Shown here one piece after another: positions 35,563 through 45,048 of a stretch of DNA of 64,000 nt. The DNA is from Lachnospiraceae bacterium AD3010 (GTDB taxonomy: Bacteria; Bacillota; Clostridia; Lachnospirales; Lachnospiraceae), in contig JHWU01000007.1 of assembly GCA_000622025.1 (NCBI GenBank), forward strand, positions 81,049 to 145,048, given 5' to 3'. The translations under genes and the position numbers were made by a program. The number at the start of each line of letters is the position of its first letter. Positions within the stretch are counted from its first letter, which is position 1. The notes under the pieces were generated by a model. That model searched no databases. It was not told the DNA's origin and saw nothing but the letters and a program-made list of their open reading frames with translations.

Positions 35563-37731
35563 TCACTGTTTCTTCGGGACAAATCCCGGGATCTTATCCT
35601 TGTAGAAGGTCCTGTAGTAGCAGGTACTGTGAGAGTAGTCAGTCTGTGATGCTTCATCCGGATAGATCTCTATACTGTAATCGCCGCTTTCAAAGACAGT
35701 GCTCCTTGGCCAGGCTGAGCTGTATGTATTGGAAATGGAAGCCTCCATGATCTCCTTTATCTTGTCTGCCTCAGTATATTCCTCTGAATCGTTGATATAT
35801 TCTCCGGTTTCTTCAATATACTCCGTGCGGCTTACATTTATCTTGACCACCTCACCGCTCTCAAGGAAACCGCCGTGCCACATATCATGCTCTTTAAGGA
35901 AGGCGATGGTATCGTCATAGCAGTCATATATTGGCCAGGAAATACTGAAGTAACTGTTATCATAAACACTGATACTTCCAACAGGATTATTGTTAGACGC
36001 CATTGAGAAATCATAGTGTTCGCCAAGATCCTTCCTGTAGGCGTTTAAGAAGCCCTCTGTAAGATCTTCTCCGGTTTCAAGATAGCCGTGCTCTGTCGAA
36101 ACTGACATGGTGAGCTTATAGTTTTTCGATGAATTCCTTTTTGAATCGATGATCGGGAGCACGTTATCCATCTGGTAAACACCCTTTGTAAACTCCTCTC
36201 TGCCGGTTATACTGTCCATAAGAACGGGATCTATGTCTTCCGGAATGGTTAACCTTCGTGTAATAATGCTTCCGTCCTTCATTCTCCAGCCTATTACTGC
36301 TTCCCAGCAGCCCTCGTCAATATCGTCAGCATCCTCTATCTTCATCCTGTTTACAGCGTCACTCTGTCCGATGGCTGCAAGGGACAGGACATCATCGGTG
36401 TCGGTCAGGAACATATTCTTTTCCACGAATTCCGCCGTAGGAATAAAGGATGACTCATATTCCTCAGTATCTTCATAATAATCCGGATTGTAGTTATAGT
36501 TCACGAGATAGGAAGAAGCTACCTTCTCCTTAGCTGGAAGGAATCTGTCGTAACCGGTAATGCCGCTCTTATATATGAATAAAATGATAATGGAGATGAC
36601 GGCTATGATCGGGATCTGCCATGCCTTATTAAAAGCCATTCTCACATTCAGTGCAAAAACGGATTCCAGTATAAGGGATATGAGAAAGGCCATAAGGATA
36701 ATGGTTATTATCACAGGACCCGTACCGGAATTCTTATCCACATTGAATATAGCATTGATTAAGAGCCCCGCATCTAACGAGATGATGACTCCGGTAACAA
36801 ACTTGATGAAAACCTCCAGAGGCCGGTAGATCACGGCGTTCCCCGCAGACTCTGCCTTTCTCTTCTTATATACAATATATGAAAGGACGATTGAGACCAC
36901 AAAAAGTATAAGATTTACAATCGTTCCCTTTGTCGTGAAGCCAACAGACCTCATAACATAGTCATAGGAGCCGGTGAATGAATATTCATTAATGGCAAAT
37001 ATCATTGACCGTATTATGCCGCCCAGATAATTAAATGCAGGCAGGGTATATATATTATTCAGAAGACCGTCGCTTTTTCCCTGGTCAAAGGTTGCATAGT
37101 AAGCACCCCTGTAACCTAAGATCGTGAGACGGATCATTCCCTCCAGCCCGAACAGAAACAGGTTCATCATCACTGCCGTGACAACAGTTCCGGTAAGGAG
37201 TGAGGCGAGAACGCTCATTCCGTACACCGCGAGAAAGAGTACTGTCTGCAATCCGAGAGATATAAACATTTCCAAAACAAGCCATCCCGGAGCACAGCCA
37301 TTAGCCGCCGCTATGCAGATGGACAGTATGACCCCGAGGAGCGACGGAATAAGGTAAATTAATAAGCTGTTGATGATAATATTAAAAAACCTTGTGCTCC
37401 TCTTTTCCGGACGGCTCTCGTAAAAGTCCACGGTCTGCATCTTATAAAGATAAGCAAAGCCCTGTATGGCAAGAAGCACTGCACCCGTACAGCCGATAAG
37501 CCAGCTTAGGCTCCTTAGACCCATCAGACCTGAAATGACCGATGCCCCTCTTACGGCAAAGGGCTGATCAGAAAAAGCATAAACTCTTTCCCGCTGTATA
37601 AGCATCACTGTTCCGAATACGTCATATAGAAAATACATTATGATGGAAAGGGCTGCCAGCGGGAGCCGTCTCCAGAGTAATGCCTTCTGTTCTCTTATAA
37701 ACTTAACCAAGGATGAATTTGCGGATGTCAT
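35563..37731 (-). CDS. Large polytopic membrane protein, putative ABC-2-type permease partner of the upstream ATPase
   Basis: 722 aa with multiple hydrophobic helices in the N-terminal half and a large soluble C-terminal region. It overlaps the ATPase gene by 29 nt. The operon shape GntR-ATPase-permease is YtrA-like. Confidence 0.55.
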   Translation of the reverse strand: MTSANSSLVKFIREQKALLWRRLPLAALSIIMYFLYDVFGTVMLIQRERVYAFSDQPFAVRGASVISGLMGLRSLSWLIGCTGAVLLAIQGFAYLYKMQTVDFYESRPEKRSTRFFNIIINSLLIYLIPSLLGVILSICIAAANGCAPGWLVLEMFISLGLQTVLFLAVYGMSVLASLLTGTVVTAVMMNLFLFGLEGMIRLTILGYRGAYYATFDQGKSDGLLNNIYTLPAFNYLGGIIRSMIFAINEYSFTGSYDYVMRSVGFTTKGTIVNLILFVVSIVLSYIVYKKRKAESAGNAVIYRPLEVFIKFVTGVIISLDAGLLINAIFNVDKNSGTGPVIITIILMAFLISLILESVFALNVRMAFNKAWQIPIIAVISIIILFIYKSGITGYDRFLPAKEKVASSYLVNYNYNPDYYEDTEEYESSFIPTAEFVEKNMFLTDTDDVLSLAAIGQSDAVNRMKIEDADDIDEGCWEAVIGWRMKDGSIITRRLTIPEDIDPVLMDSITGREEFTKGVYQMDNVLPIIDSKRNSSKNYKLTMSVSTEHGYLETGEDLTEGFLNAYRKDLGEHYDFSMASNNNPVGSISVYDNSYFSISWPIYDCYDDTIAFLKEHDMWHGGFLESGEVVKINVSRTEYIEETGEYINDSEEYTEADKIKEIMEASISNTYSSAWPRSTVFESGDYSIEIYPDEASQTDYSHSTCYYRTFYKDKIPGFVPKKQ

Positions 37732-38608
37732 ATCCTACCACCTCCGTTTCACTTATAAATATTTCTTCGAGAGAGAGCTTCAGCATCTCAAAAAATACGG
37801 GCTCTGCTCCTCTGAAATGAGCTTCTATCTCTTCTCTTCCGCCTCTGATGGTTAAGGTATAAAGTCTTCCCCTCTGCTCCGAAAGAATAACATTTAAGCC
37901 TGAAAGAGCCTTCTCCTTATCTTCTTCGGAATTGAATACCACCTGCACCTTCTGGAGATTAAGCTTCATATCCTCAATATCCTCCGAAAGAAGCACACCT
38001 CCCTGATGCAGAAGTCCGATATGGTCGCAGATATCTTCAAGCTCCCGTAGATTGTGGGAGGCTATGACCGGTACTATTCCCTTATCCGACATATCACTTG
38101 AAAAGATGCTCTTTATCCCCTGTCTCATTACTGGGTCCAGCCCGTCAAAGGTTTCGTCACAGAGAAGGTACTTGGCTCCGCTTGAAACCGCGAGGAGCAC
38201 AGACAGCTGCTTTCTCATACCCTTTGAAAACTCGGATATCTTCCGGTTCTCCTTCAGATTAAAGCCTTTAAGCAGTGTATTGAACCTTTCCTTGTCAAAC
38301 AAGGGATAAAGGGATGAAAAATAGTCCCTCATACCCTCAGGTGTGGCATTCGGAAAAAAGTAGGCATCATCCGAAATAAAGAAAATCTTTTCCTTAACCC
38401 TCGGATCATCATATACCGGGTCATCATCCACAAGGATCTTTCCGCTGTCCGGCAGGAGTATCCCGGACAGCATCCTGAGCATGGTGGATTTTCCGGCACC
38501 ATTGGTACCGATAAGCCCGAATACCTCTCCCTCCTTTATCTTCAGGGAAGCATTGTTTACTGCCTTTGTTTCACCAAAGGATTTGCTGATATTATCTATA
38601 GTAATCAT
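37703..38608 (-). CDS. ABC transporter ATP-binding protein
   Basis: 301 aa. Walker A GTNGAGKSTMLRMLSG, signature-like FSKGMRKQLSV and Walker B LLCDETFDGLDP. GGAGG RBS. Confidence 0.85.
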   Translation of the reverse strand: MITIDNISKSFGETKAVNNASLKIKEGEVFGLIGTNGAGKSTMLRMLSGILLPDSGKILVDDDPVYDDPRVKEKIFFISDDAYFFPNATPEGMRDYFSSLYPLFDKERFNTLLKGFNLKENRKISEFSKGMRKQLSVLLAVSSGAKYLLCDETFDGLDPVMRQGIKSIFSSDMSDKGIVPVIASHNLRELEDICDHIGLLHQGGVLLSEDIEDMKLNLQKVQVVFNSEEDKEKALSGLNVILSEQRGRLYTLTIRGGREEIEAHFRGAEPVFFEMLKLSLEEIFISETEVVGYDIRKFILG

Positions 38609-39018
38609 ATCTTCTCTTCCTCCGCTCCTTTCCCGCTATGCCTATGATCAATTGCTTTTTCCTTAAGCTTTGAAAGGGCTTCCTCATAGATCTCATCAGG
38701 GCTGATCATAAGCTCCTCTCCCTCTCTGAAAATATCCGCAGCCCTGTCGATAAGCTCCTGCTTCTTCTTATCCTTAAGGACCGCATTTTCTGAAACAAAC
38801 ACTCCCTTTCCTCTCACCGTATAGGTCACACCCTGCCGTTCAAGTTCGGCGTAGGCTTTCTGCACCGTATTGGGATTTGTGCCGTTTTCCATGGCAAGAC
38901 TTCGGACCGATGGAAGCTGCTCTCCCGGCTGCAGGACGTCTATCAGAATAAGACGTTTCAGATTTTCCACGATCTGTTCATAGATCGGGCGGCTGTCCCG
39001 CCAGTCAATTAATGTCAT
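38605..39018 (-). CDS. GntR family (YtrA subfamily) transcriptional regulator
   Basis: Winged HTH RPIYEQIVENLKRLILIDVLQPGEQLPSVRSLAMENGTNPNTVQKAYAELERQGV. The ORF track extends to TTG 39081, but ATG 39018 gives the typical ~137-aa YtrA size. Confidence 0.8.
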   Translation of the reverse strand: MTLIDWRDSRPIYEQIVENLKRLILIDVLQPGEQLPSVRSLAMENGTNPNTVQKAYAELERQGVTYTVRGKGVFVSENAVLKDKKKQELIDRAADIFREGEELMISPDEIYEEALSKLKEKAIDHRHSGKGAEEEKI

Positions 39019-39120
39019 AATAGTCGCTGCCGCTCCTTTCTTAACTGTATCTGTTAAATCCCTCCGGATCTTATACAGCAATGCCTCTCCGGCTTTAGGT
39101 TTTATAACAGTGTTCTATAT

Positions 39121-39143
39121 CTGTACTAGTACTACTAGTACAG
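39121..39143. promoter_or_regulatory. 23-bp palindrome CTGTACTAGTAcTACTAGTACAG upstream of the GntR-ABC operon, candidate YtrA-type operator
   Basis: Perfect 11-bp inverted repeat around a central C, about 100 nt upstream of the regulator start. A bidirectional terminator hairpin (AACCTTCCG...CGGAAGGTT) follows at 39166-39198. Confidence 0.4.
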
Positions 39144-39200
39144 ATTGTATAGTAAAAAACCTTCCGTGTCAACATATTTTTCGGAAGGTTTTTATTATGA

Positions 39201-39341
39201 GGGCTCTGCTCGATACAAATGTCATCCTGAGGGCTCTGCCCGAAACAAATGTCATCCTGAGGGCTCTGCCCGATACAAATGTCATCCTGAGGGCTCTGCT
39301 CGATACAAATGTCATCCTGAGGGCTGTGCCCGAAGGATCTT
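39201..39341. repeat. Tandem array of 4 full 30-nt units plus one partial (GGGCTCTGCYCGAWACAAATGTCATCCTGA), spacerless, derived from the dispersed TGTCATCCTGAG element
   Basis: Units start at 39201, 39231, 39261 and 39291 with 1-2 substitutions. A partial unit at 39321 ends in CGAAGGATCTT. The array sits in the 3' UTR of the NSS transporter gene before the terminator. Confidence 0.75.
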
Positions 39342-39343
39342 TA

Positions 39344-40732
39344 TCACAGCAGTCCTATGGATTTGAATAAAAGCAGAGTCAGAAGCACAGGAGCCACAAA
39401 TTTAACCATTACCACGTAGAGTGACTTATTCCTGAATTTTTCTCCGTTCTTTGTTGCTTCCTTAATGACCATATCAGGCTTAACGACCCAGCCGATAAGT
39501 ATGCAGGTCCCTATGGCTGCGACCGGCATCAGGATATTATTACTGATATAGTCCATGATATCCAGTATCTGACCTGTGGAACCGTTGGGGAGCGGTGCCT
39601 CGAAGTAAAGGATATTGTAGCCTAAGCACACGGCAAGTCCTATTATAAGGGCAATGATCCCTTCAATTATCGTAGCCTTCTTTCTGGAGATCCTGAATTC
39701 CTCCATTATGGATGAGACCACGGCCTCCATAAGGGAGATAGAACTCGTTAATGCCGCAAGAAATACCATTACGAAGAACAAGGCTCCAAGAACACTCCCG
39801 GCAAGACCCATTGACAAAAAGACCTTCGGCATCGATACAAAGAGAAGTGAAGGACCTGAAGCATCCATACCCTCCCTTCCCATAAATACATAGATCGGAA
39901 GAATGGTCATTATACCGGCAAGGAAGGCTACAGCCGTATCAAAAAACTCGATCTGGCTCACTCCCTTAATAAGATCATTTTCATCCCCAAGGTAGGATCC
40001 GTAGGATATCATTATTCCCATAGCGACACTTATGGAATAGAAAAGCTGTCCCATGGCATCAAGCACTACTTTAAGAAAACCCGTTAGGGTAAGGGAGCTG
40101 ATATCGGGAACAAGATAGATCTTTAATCCCTGCATTCCTGTCCGGACCCCGCTTCCGTCATCATTTTTAAGTGTCATGGCGAATACAGCGATTAGCAAAA
40201 CTATGATCACAAGAACAGGCATCAGTATCTTTGACAGCCGCTCTATACCCTTATTTATTCCCCTGTATATTACAAAGGATGTAAACAGTACGAATACAGC
40301 CATAAAGATAACCGGCTGCATTACACCGCTTATGTATCCTCCGAAATAACCCTCCTGCACGGCATCCAGGGATCTGCCCGACAGATATACGGTACAGTAC
40401 TTCAAGACCCAGCCACCTATCGCGCAGTAATACGGAAGGATCATAAAGGGCACCAGAACTCCGAAGCAGCCTATCCAACCCCACTTCTTATTTAAGAATC
40501 CGTATGCACTTAAGGGACTCCGCCTGGTATTCCTCCCTATTGCGACCTCTGTCACAAGAAGGGTAAAGCCGAAGGTCAGAGCCAGCACAAGATAAACAAG
40601 GAGGAACAAGCCTCCTCCGTTCTTTGCGGCAAGATAAGGGAAACGCCAGAGATTTCCGAGACCTACCGCACTGCCTGCAGCAGACAGCACAAAACCTATA
40701 GAACCTGAAAATGAACTTCTTTTACTCTCCAT
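39344..40732 (-). CDS. Sodium-dependent transporter, neurotransmitter:sodium symporter (NSS/SNF) family
   Basis: 462 aa. N-terminal GFVLSAAGSAVGLGNLWRFPYLAAKNGGGLFLLVYL is the NSS TM1 signature. About 12 TM helices. Confidence 0.85.
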   Translation of the reverse strand: MESKRSSFSGSIGFVLSAAGSAVGLGNLWRFPYLAAKNGGGLFLLVYLVLALTFGFTLLVTEVAIGRNTRRSPLSAYGFLNKKWGWIGCFGVLVPFMILPYYCAIGGWVLKYCTVYLSGRSLDAVQEGYFGGYISGVMQPVIFMAVFVLFTSFVIYRGINKGIERLSKILMPVLVIIVLLIAVFAMTLKNDDGSGVRTGMQGLKIYLVPDISSLTLTGFLKVVLDAMGQLFYSISVAMGIMISYGSYLGDENDLIKGVSQIEFFDTAVAFLAGIMTILPIYVFMGREGMDASGPSLLFVSMPKVFLSMGLAGSVLGALFFVMVFLAALTSSISLMEAVVSSIMEEFRISRKKATIIEGIIALIIGLAVCLGYNILYFEAPLPNGSTGQILDIMDYISNNILMPVAAIGTCILIGWVVKPDMVIKEATKNGEKFRNKSLYVVMVKFVAPVLLTLLLFKSIGLL

Positions 40733-40739
40733 GATAAAT

Positions 40740-40990
40740 ACTCTCCATAATGCTGCTGTGACTATATCACTGTCATAGTCAAAGTATGATGGGCTTTTGT
40801 TTCATTGATTGTATCTGTTCAGAACCCTTCGGATTCTGAATAGATACTGCGCATTCGGCTAATTAAATCGTGCTTCGCACGATGAGCCGAATGCCATAAT
40901 GCCTTGGTTTTCATACGTCACTTGCGGTTCCGCAAGTGACTGTTCTGAATAGTTACCATCGATTTCTGTTAATCTGACCATTATAAGATA
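40740..40990 (-). promoter_or_regulatory. Highly structured ~250-nt 5' leader of the NSS transporter gene, candidate cis-regulatory RNA of unknown class
   Basis: Minus-strand transcript contains three strong hairpins. GTCACTTGCGGaaCCGCAAGTGAC is perfect with a 10-bp stem. GCATTCGGCTcATCGTGCgaaGCACGATttaattAGCCGAATGC is nested. TTCAGAAtccgaagggTTCTGAA is the third. I saw no T-box or known riboswitch box. Confidence 0.3.
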
Positions 40991-41009
40991 TTTATGATAA
41001 AATATACAG

Positions 41010-42482
41010 ATGTTAATTAATGAGCTGCCGGATAAATTTCTGGAACGGATGAAGAATGACCTCCATAATGCTGATTTTAAGGCTTTTCTGTCTTCATATG
41101 AGTCGGAAAGCTCTAAGTCGCTAAGGATCAACCGTCTGAAAAAATGCGGAAGCTCTGTGCCTCCCCCGGATCTTATGAGCCTTTTTTCTCTGGAAAAGGT
41201 GGAGTGGTGCGAAAACGGGTATTATTATGATGAAACTTCCCAGCCCGGAAAGTATCCCCTACACGAGGCCGGGGCATATTATATCCAGGAAGCCAGTGCA
41301 ATGGCTCCTGTATGCTGGCTTGATCTAAAAAAAGGTCTTCGTGTCCTTGATCTCTGCGCGGCCCCCGGAGGAAAAAGTACCGGGATCGCAGAATTAATAG
41401 GGACTGAAGGTCTCCTGGTCGCAAATGAACCGGTTCTCTCAAGGACAAAGATCCTCTCTCTTAATATAGAGAGAATGGGGATAATGAATACCCTTGTAAC
41501 CGGTGAGCCTCCTGAAAAGCTTTCACGGGTCTTCCCGGGATTTTTTGACAGGATACTGGTCGATGCGCCCTGCTCGGGCGAAGGGATGTTCAGGAAAAAT
41601 CCCGAAGCGGTAAATGAATGGAGTCCTGAAAATACGGAGCTCTGTGCCTCAAGACAGGATCTTATACTAAAGGAAGCTGCGAAAATGCTTGTCCCGGGCG
41701 GCATAATGGTCTATTCCACCTGCACCTTTAATAAAGAGGAGAATGAGGGCACTATCCGCCGCTTTCTTGATAATGAAGAGGATTTCAGCCTTATTGATCC
41801 GGAAAGCATACGTCCTCTTCCCGAAAGCTTTCAGAGGACCGTAATATCAACAGGGGACGGCGAGCTTAATTTCGGTGTACGTCTTTATCCTCATAAGCTG
41901 AGGGGTGAGGGTCATTTCTTCGCGGTCTTAAAGAGAAAGGGCGGAGTGGCTCCGGACGGAAGGGAAATATCCCCCGGGATAAGGCAGGCCTTAAGCGGAA
42001 GTCTTATTAAGGCTTCATCCGGGGTCCGTAAGCTTTTTTATGAGTTTTGGGATAGTGTAAGAAGAAAAGGAGATACTGATCCAAAAAAAACTCCGGTTTT
42101 TTCTGAGCTCCTTGATTCAGGGCTTATGCATGCCTTCGGAGATCAGCTTTATTTATCGAATAAGCTGATGCCGGGCATCACAGGCTTAAAGGTACTTCGT
42201 CCGGGACTGCATCTTGGGACACTGAAGGAAAAGCGCTTCGAACCCTCCCATGCTCTCTCACTCTTTCTTGATCCGGATGAAATAGAGAGAAGGGTGGAGC
42301 TTCCGGATAAAGAAACGGCTCTTAAATACCTTAAGGGAGAATCCCTGCCTCCCGGGCAGCTTGAAATAAACAAAGACAAAGGCTGGTGTCTTGTATGCTT
42401 CTCGGGAATGAGCCTTGGCTGGGGAAAATACGACGGGCGTATGATAAAGAACCATTATCCCAAGGGACTGAGAATACATTGA
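41010..42482 (+). CDS. rsmF: 16S rRNA (cytosine-C5)-methyltransferase, NOL1/NOP2/Sun family, RsmF-like with C-terminal PUA-like domain
   Basis: 490 aa. SAM-binding LDLCAAPGGKST. Catalytic motifs VDAPCSGEGMFRKNP and YSTCTF. Confidence 0.8.
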   Translation: MLINELPDKFLERMKNDLHNADFKAFLSSYESESSKSLRINRLKKCGSSVPPPDLMSLFSLEKVEWCENGYYYDETSQPGKYPLHEAGAYYIQEASAMAPVCWLDLKKGLRVLDLCAAPGGKSTGIAELIGTEGLLVANEPVLSRTKILSLNIERMGIMNTLVTGEPPEKLSRVFPGFFDRILVDAPCSGEGMFRKNPEAVNEWSPENTELCASRQDLILKEAAKMLVPGGIMVYSTCTFNKEENEGTIRRFLDNEEDFSLIDPESIRPLPESFQRTVISTGDGELNFGVRLYPHKLRGEGHFFAVLKRKGGVAPDGREISPGIRQALSGSLIKASSGVRKLFYEFWDSVRRKGDTDPKKTPVFSELLDSGLMHAFGDQLYLSNKLMPGITGLKVLRPGLHLGTLKEKRFEPSHALSLFLDPDEIERRVELPDKETALKYLKGESLPPGQLEINKDKGWCLVCFSGMSLGWGKYDGRMIKNHYPKGLRIH

Positions 42483-42518
42483 GGCTTCCGGTGCCGGGCC
42501 GAGGCACTGATTCGTTCA

Positions 42519-42662
42519 GCGCAGCGAAGGATCTTTTCGGATCCTGAGCCCAGCCATTGTCATCCTGAGCGCAGCCATTGTCATCCTGAGCGCAGCGAAG
42601 GATCTTTTCGGATCCTGAGCCCAGCCATTGTCATCCTGAGCGCAGCGAAGGATCTTTTCGGT
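42519..42662. repeat. Tandemly duplicated copies of the dispersed palindromic element (CGCAGCGAAGGATCTTTTCGGATCCTGAGCCCAGCCATTGTCATCCTGAG, about 2.5 copies)
   Basis: The motif is read directly from the sequence. Each copy contains hairpin AGGATCttttcgGATCCT. A terminator-like hairpin CTCACGgaaaaCGTGAG follows. The minus-strand ORF 42516..42764 is an artefact of the repeat. Confidence 0.65.
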
Positions 42663-42729
42663 TTTTCTCTCACGGAAAACGTGAGTTATTTTACAGCGAT
42701 AAAACATTAAAGAAAGGAAGGAAACAAAA

Positions 42730-43173
42730 ATGAGTGAAGAAATTACAAAGTCTGTAAACGACAAGGAGGCAACCGAACTCTTAAAGGAGCTTCTGGAATT
42801 TGAAAAAAGGGAGGCTAGGTATCAGAAGGCAACATCCATATTTATCTTCCTTCTGGTCGTAATAATGGGAATAGTATCCTTCATGATAGTTCCCGTTGCG
42901 GTCACGACCCTTACTACTGCCAATGAGACCATAGTTATGGCACAGGATGCACTTTCAAAGATCAATCAGGAAATGGACAGCATCAACACCATGACAAGCA
43001 GCATTACCGCCACCAGCGACAATATGAACAATATGGTGATAGAGAATTCCGAGCAGCTGTCCCAGGCAGTAAAGAACATCTCGGATATAGACTTTGAAGG
43101 ACTGAACAAGGCCATTAACGACCTTCAGGCTGCGGTAGGACCTCTGGCAAAGCTTTCAAATATCTTTAATTAA
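42730..43173 (+). CDS. Hypothetical small membrane protein (single TM) with coiled-coil C-terminus
   Basis: 147 aa. GGAAGGAAAC RBS. TM IFIFLLVVIMGIVSFMIVPVAV. No recognisable motif. Confidence 0.5.
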   Translation: MSEEITKSVNDKEATELLKELLEFEKREARYQKATSIFIFLLVVIMGIVSFMIVPVAVTTLTTANETIVMAQDALSKINQEMDSINTMTSSITATSDNMNNMVIENSEQLSQAVKNISDIDFEGLNKAINDLQAAVGPLAKLSNIFN

Positions 43174-44095
43174 AGGGGATCTCCGGCTTCCAGCCTGTAT
43201 CCCTCATAAGCTTATCAACCGAGGGTCTTAAGGAAAGCAGTGTCTTCGAAGGGTCAGCTTTTTCGTAGTCGATCGCTACGTCAGGGTTGACCCTTTTTCC
43301 GATGATATCCGTATACTCCCTTAAGGGCCTGAAGTTACCGCTTGCCAGATTGTATATCTCATTATCCCTGCCCTTTTCGGCAACCAAGATCAGGGCTCTT
43401 GCCGCATCCCTTACATCGAGATAATCCCAGTACTGCTCACAGGAAGAAAGGTGTGGCACCTCTCCCCTTTCCAGTGAACTCCTAAGATAAGACAGCATCG
43501 TATGCGGGTGTTCACATTCTCCGTACAGGCTGAAGATCCTCACCCAGTTCCATTTGATATCAAGATGACGGGCCAGATCACGGCTTACATACATTGCGGC
43601 GGTTTTCGCGGCTCCATAGGCATTAAGCGGCTCCGGAAGAAAATCTTCGGTAACAGCTGCTATTGTTCCGTCGGGAAGCGCTCTTCCCGCAGCCTTCAAG
43701 CCATATTCTGCCTGTGAGCCTGTTATTACGATCTTTGAAGCTCCAAGCTTTGCAGCAGTGACAAGGGTATCGACTGTTATGTTAATATTGGCATACTGCT
43801 CGTCAAAATTATCCCTTTCCCCGGACCACGCAAGATGAAAAAAAAGACAGCCCGACATATCGATATGCTTTTTCTCGAGCCAGGGGCCCAAGATCCTGAT
43901 ATCCTTCATGTCGAGACTTAAGAGGATAAGCTCCCCTAAAGTCCCTTCGCTGTCTTTCGATAATGCTTCAAGTCTTTTATTATGAGAAGAGCCCGGTCTT
44001 ACAGGACACAGGACTCTGAATCCCTCCGAAAGAAGGGATTTTACGAGACTGTATCCGGCAAAACCGGCTCCTCCCGTGACAATTGCTTTTTTCAT
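43166..44095 (-). CDS. NAD-dependent epimerase/dehydratase family (extended SDR) protein
   Basis: 309 aa. N-terminal Rossmann MKKAIVTGGAGFAGYSLVKSLLSEGFRV. Catalytic YxxxK region (YGAAKTAAMYV). Confidence 0.75.
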   Translation of the reverse strand: MKKAIVTGGAGFAGYSLVKSLLSEGFRVLCPVRPGSSHNKRLEALSKDSEGTLGELILLSLDMKDIRILGPWLEKKHIDMSGCLFFHLAWSGERDNFDEQYANINITVDTLVTAAKLGASKIVITGSQAEYGLKAAGRALPDGTIAAVTEDFLPEPLNAYGAAKTAAMYVSRDLARHLDIKWNWVRIFSLYGECEHPHTMLSYLRSSLERGEVPHLSSCEQYWDYLDVRDAARALILVAEKGRDNEIYNLASGNFRPLREYTDIIGKRVNPDVAIDYEKADPSKTLLSLRPSVDKLMRDTGWKPEIPFN

Positions 44096-44107
44096 TCACA
44101 AATTCAT

Positions 44108-44923
44108 TCAGGCGCTGAAATCAACCTTTGAGCCAACCATCATCATTTGTTCGCTCTGAACACTGTTCCAGTCAAAATTAACTATTTTTTCAAGGAGCTC
44201 CTCTGCAGAATCAGCCTTTATGCTGGCTTTCTTTATCTGATCCTTACCGAAGCCCTTATAGTCCTGCTCAACATCCCTTTCCCTCAGTCTCTTCTCTCTT
44301 CTCTTCTCTTCCTTCTCGGCCTCTTCCGCCCTCTTCTCTCTTCTTTCGGCTATGCGCTCTGCCTGCTCCCTGGAGGACTGCTCAAGCTTGGCAAAGAAGC
44401 TAAGGCTCCCGTCCTTGTTTACGGAGAATCCGATATTCTTCACTTCTCCGTCCTTTCCGGACTCCTTAAGCTGCTCCTTTATGCTGTCAAGCTGCTTCGT
44501 GCCGTCTTCGATGATGCCCATATATTTTTCTTTTGTTTCGGCATCACGCGCCATCTCTTCCAGAAGCTCCGGCTCGATCAAAACGCTGTATTCCTTTGTT
44601 CCACGGGAAAGATACTCCTCGGCTTCCTCATCAGATGAATAACTGGCAACGAAGAAATCCGTATTCTTCCCGTATTTTTCCTTTAATTCCTCAAGTATCT
44701 TCTTTGCGCCGTCTGACAGTTCGACACCGTTCTGAATACCGTTTACATTGTCATTCTTTTTATTTTTAATATACTCCGCCCCGTTTTCTTTATCCCTGTT
44801 AACCTTATCCGCCTCCGGAGGCCTGTTCCCTCCGAATTTCCGGATATTATCTCCTACCATTCCCGTATTCTGGTAGAAATTAAAGCTGCTCACATTGTTC
44901 ATTCCCTGAACCTCCTTTTCCAC
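44108..44923 (-). CDS. Hypothetical Lys/Glu-rich protein
   Basis: 271 aa, strongly charged, with coiled-coil-like C-terminal half (EKRAEEAEKEEKRREKRLRERD). No motif recognised. Confidence 0.4.
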   Translation of the reverse strand: MEKEVQGMNNVSSFNFYQNTGMVGDNIRKFGGNRPPEADKVNRDKENGAEYIKNKKNDNVNGIQNGVELSDGAKKILEELKEKYGKNTDFFVASYSSDEEAEEYLSRGTKEYSVLIEPELLEEMARDAETKEKYMGIIEDGTKQLDSIKEQLKESGKDGEVKNIGFSVNKDGSLSFFAKLEQSSREQAERIAERREKRAEEAEKEEKRREKRLRERDVEQDYKGFGKDQIKKASIKADSAEELLEKIVNFDWNSVQSEQMMMVGSKVDFSA

Positions 44924-45048
44924 TATTCCCTGTGTTGACTGCTGCTGTGTTATAACCTGTGTCTGCGAAAGATCTTTCCAAACGGTTATAGAAGATTCTT
45001 CGCTTCGCTCAGAATGACACTACCTTTATCCAATTGACCCAGATCCGA

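Noticed and set aside
39201-39341. CRISPR-like direct repeats
   Set aside because: The 30-nt units are strictly contiguous with no spacers and differ by point substitutions. There are no cas genes in the window. This is a tandem repeat, not a CRISPR array.
42516-42764. 82-aa minus-strand ORF with repeated LRMTMAALRMTMAG peptide
   Set aside because: It is an artefact of translating the tandemly duplicated intergenic repeat element.
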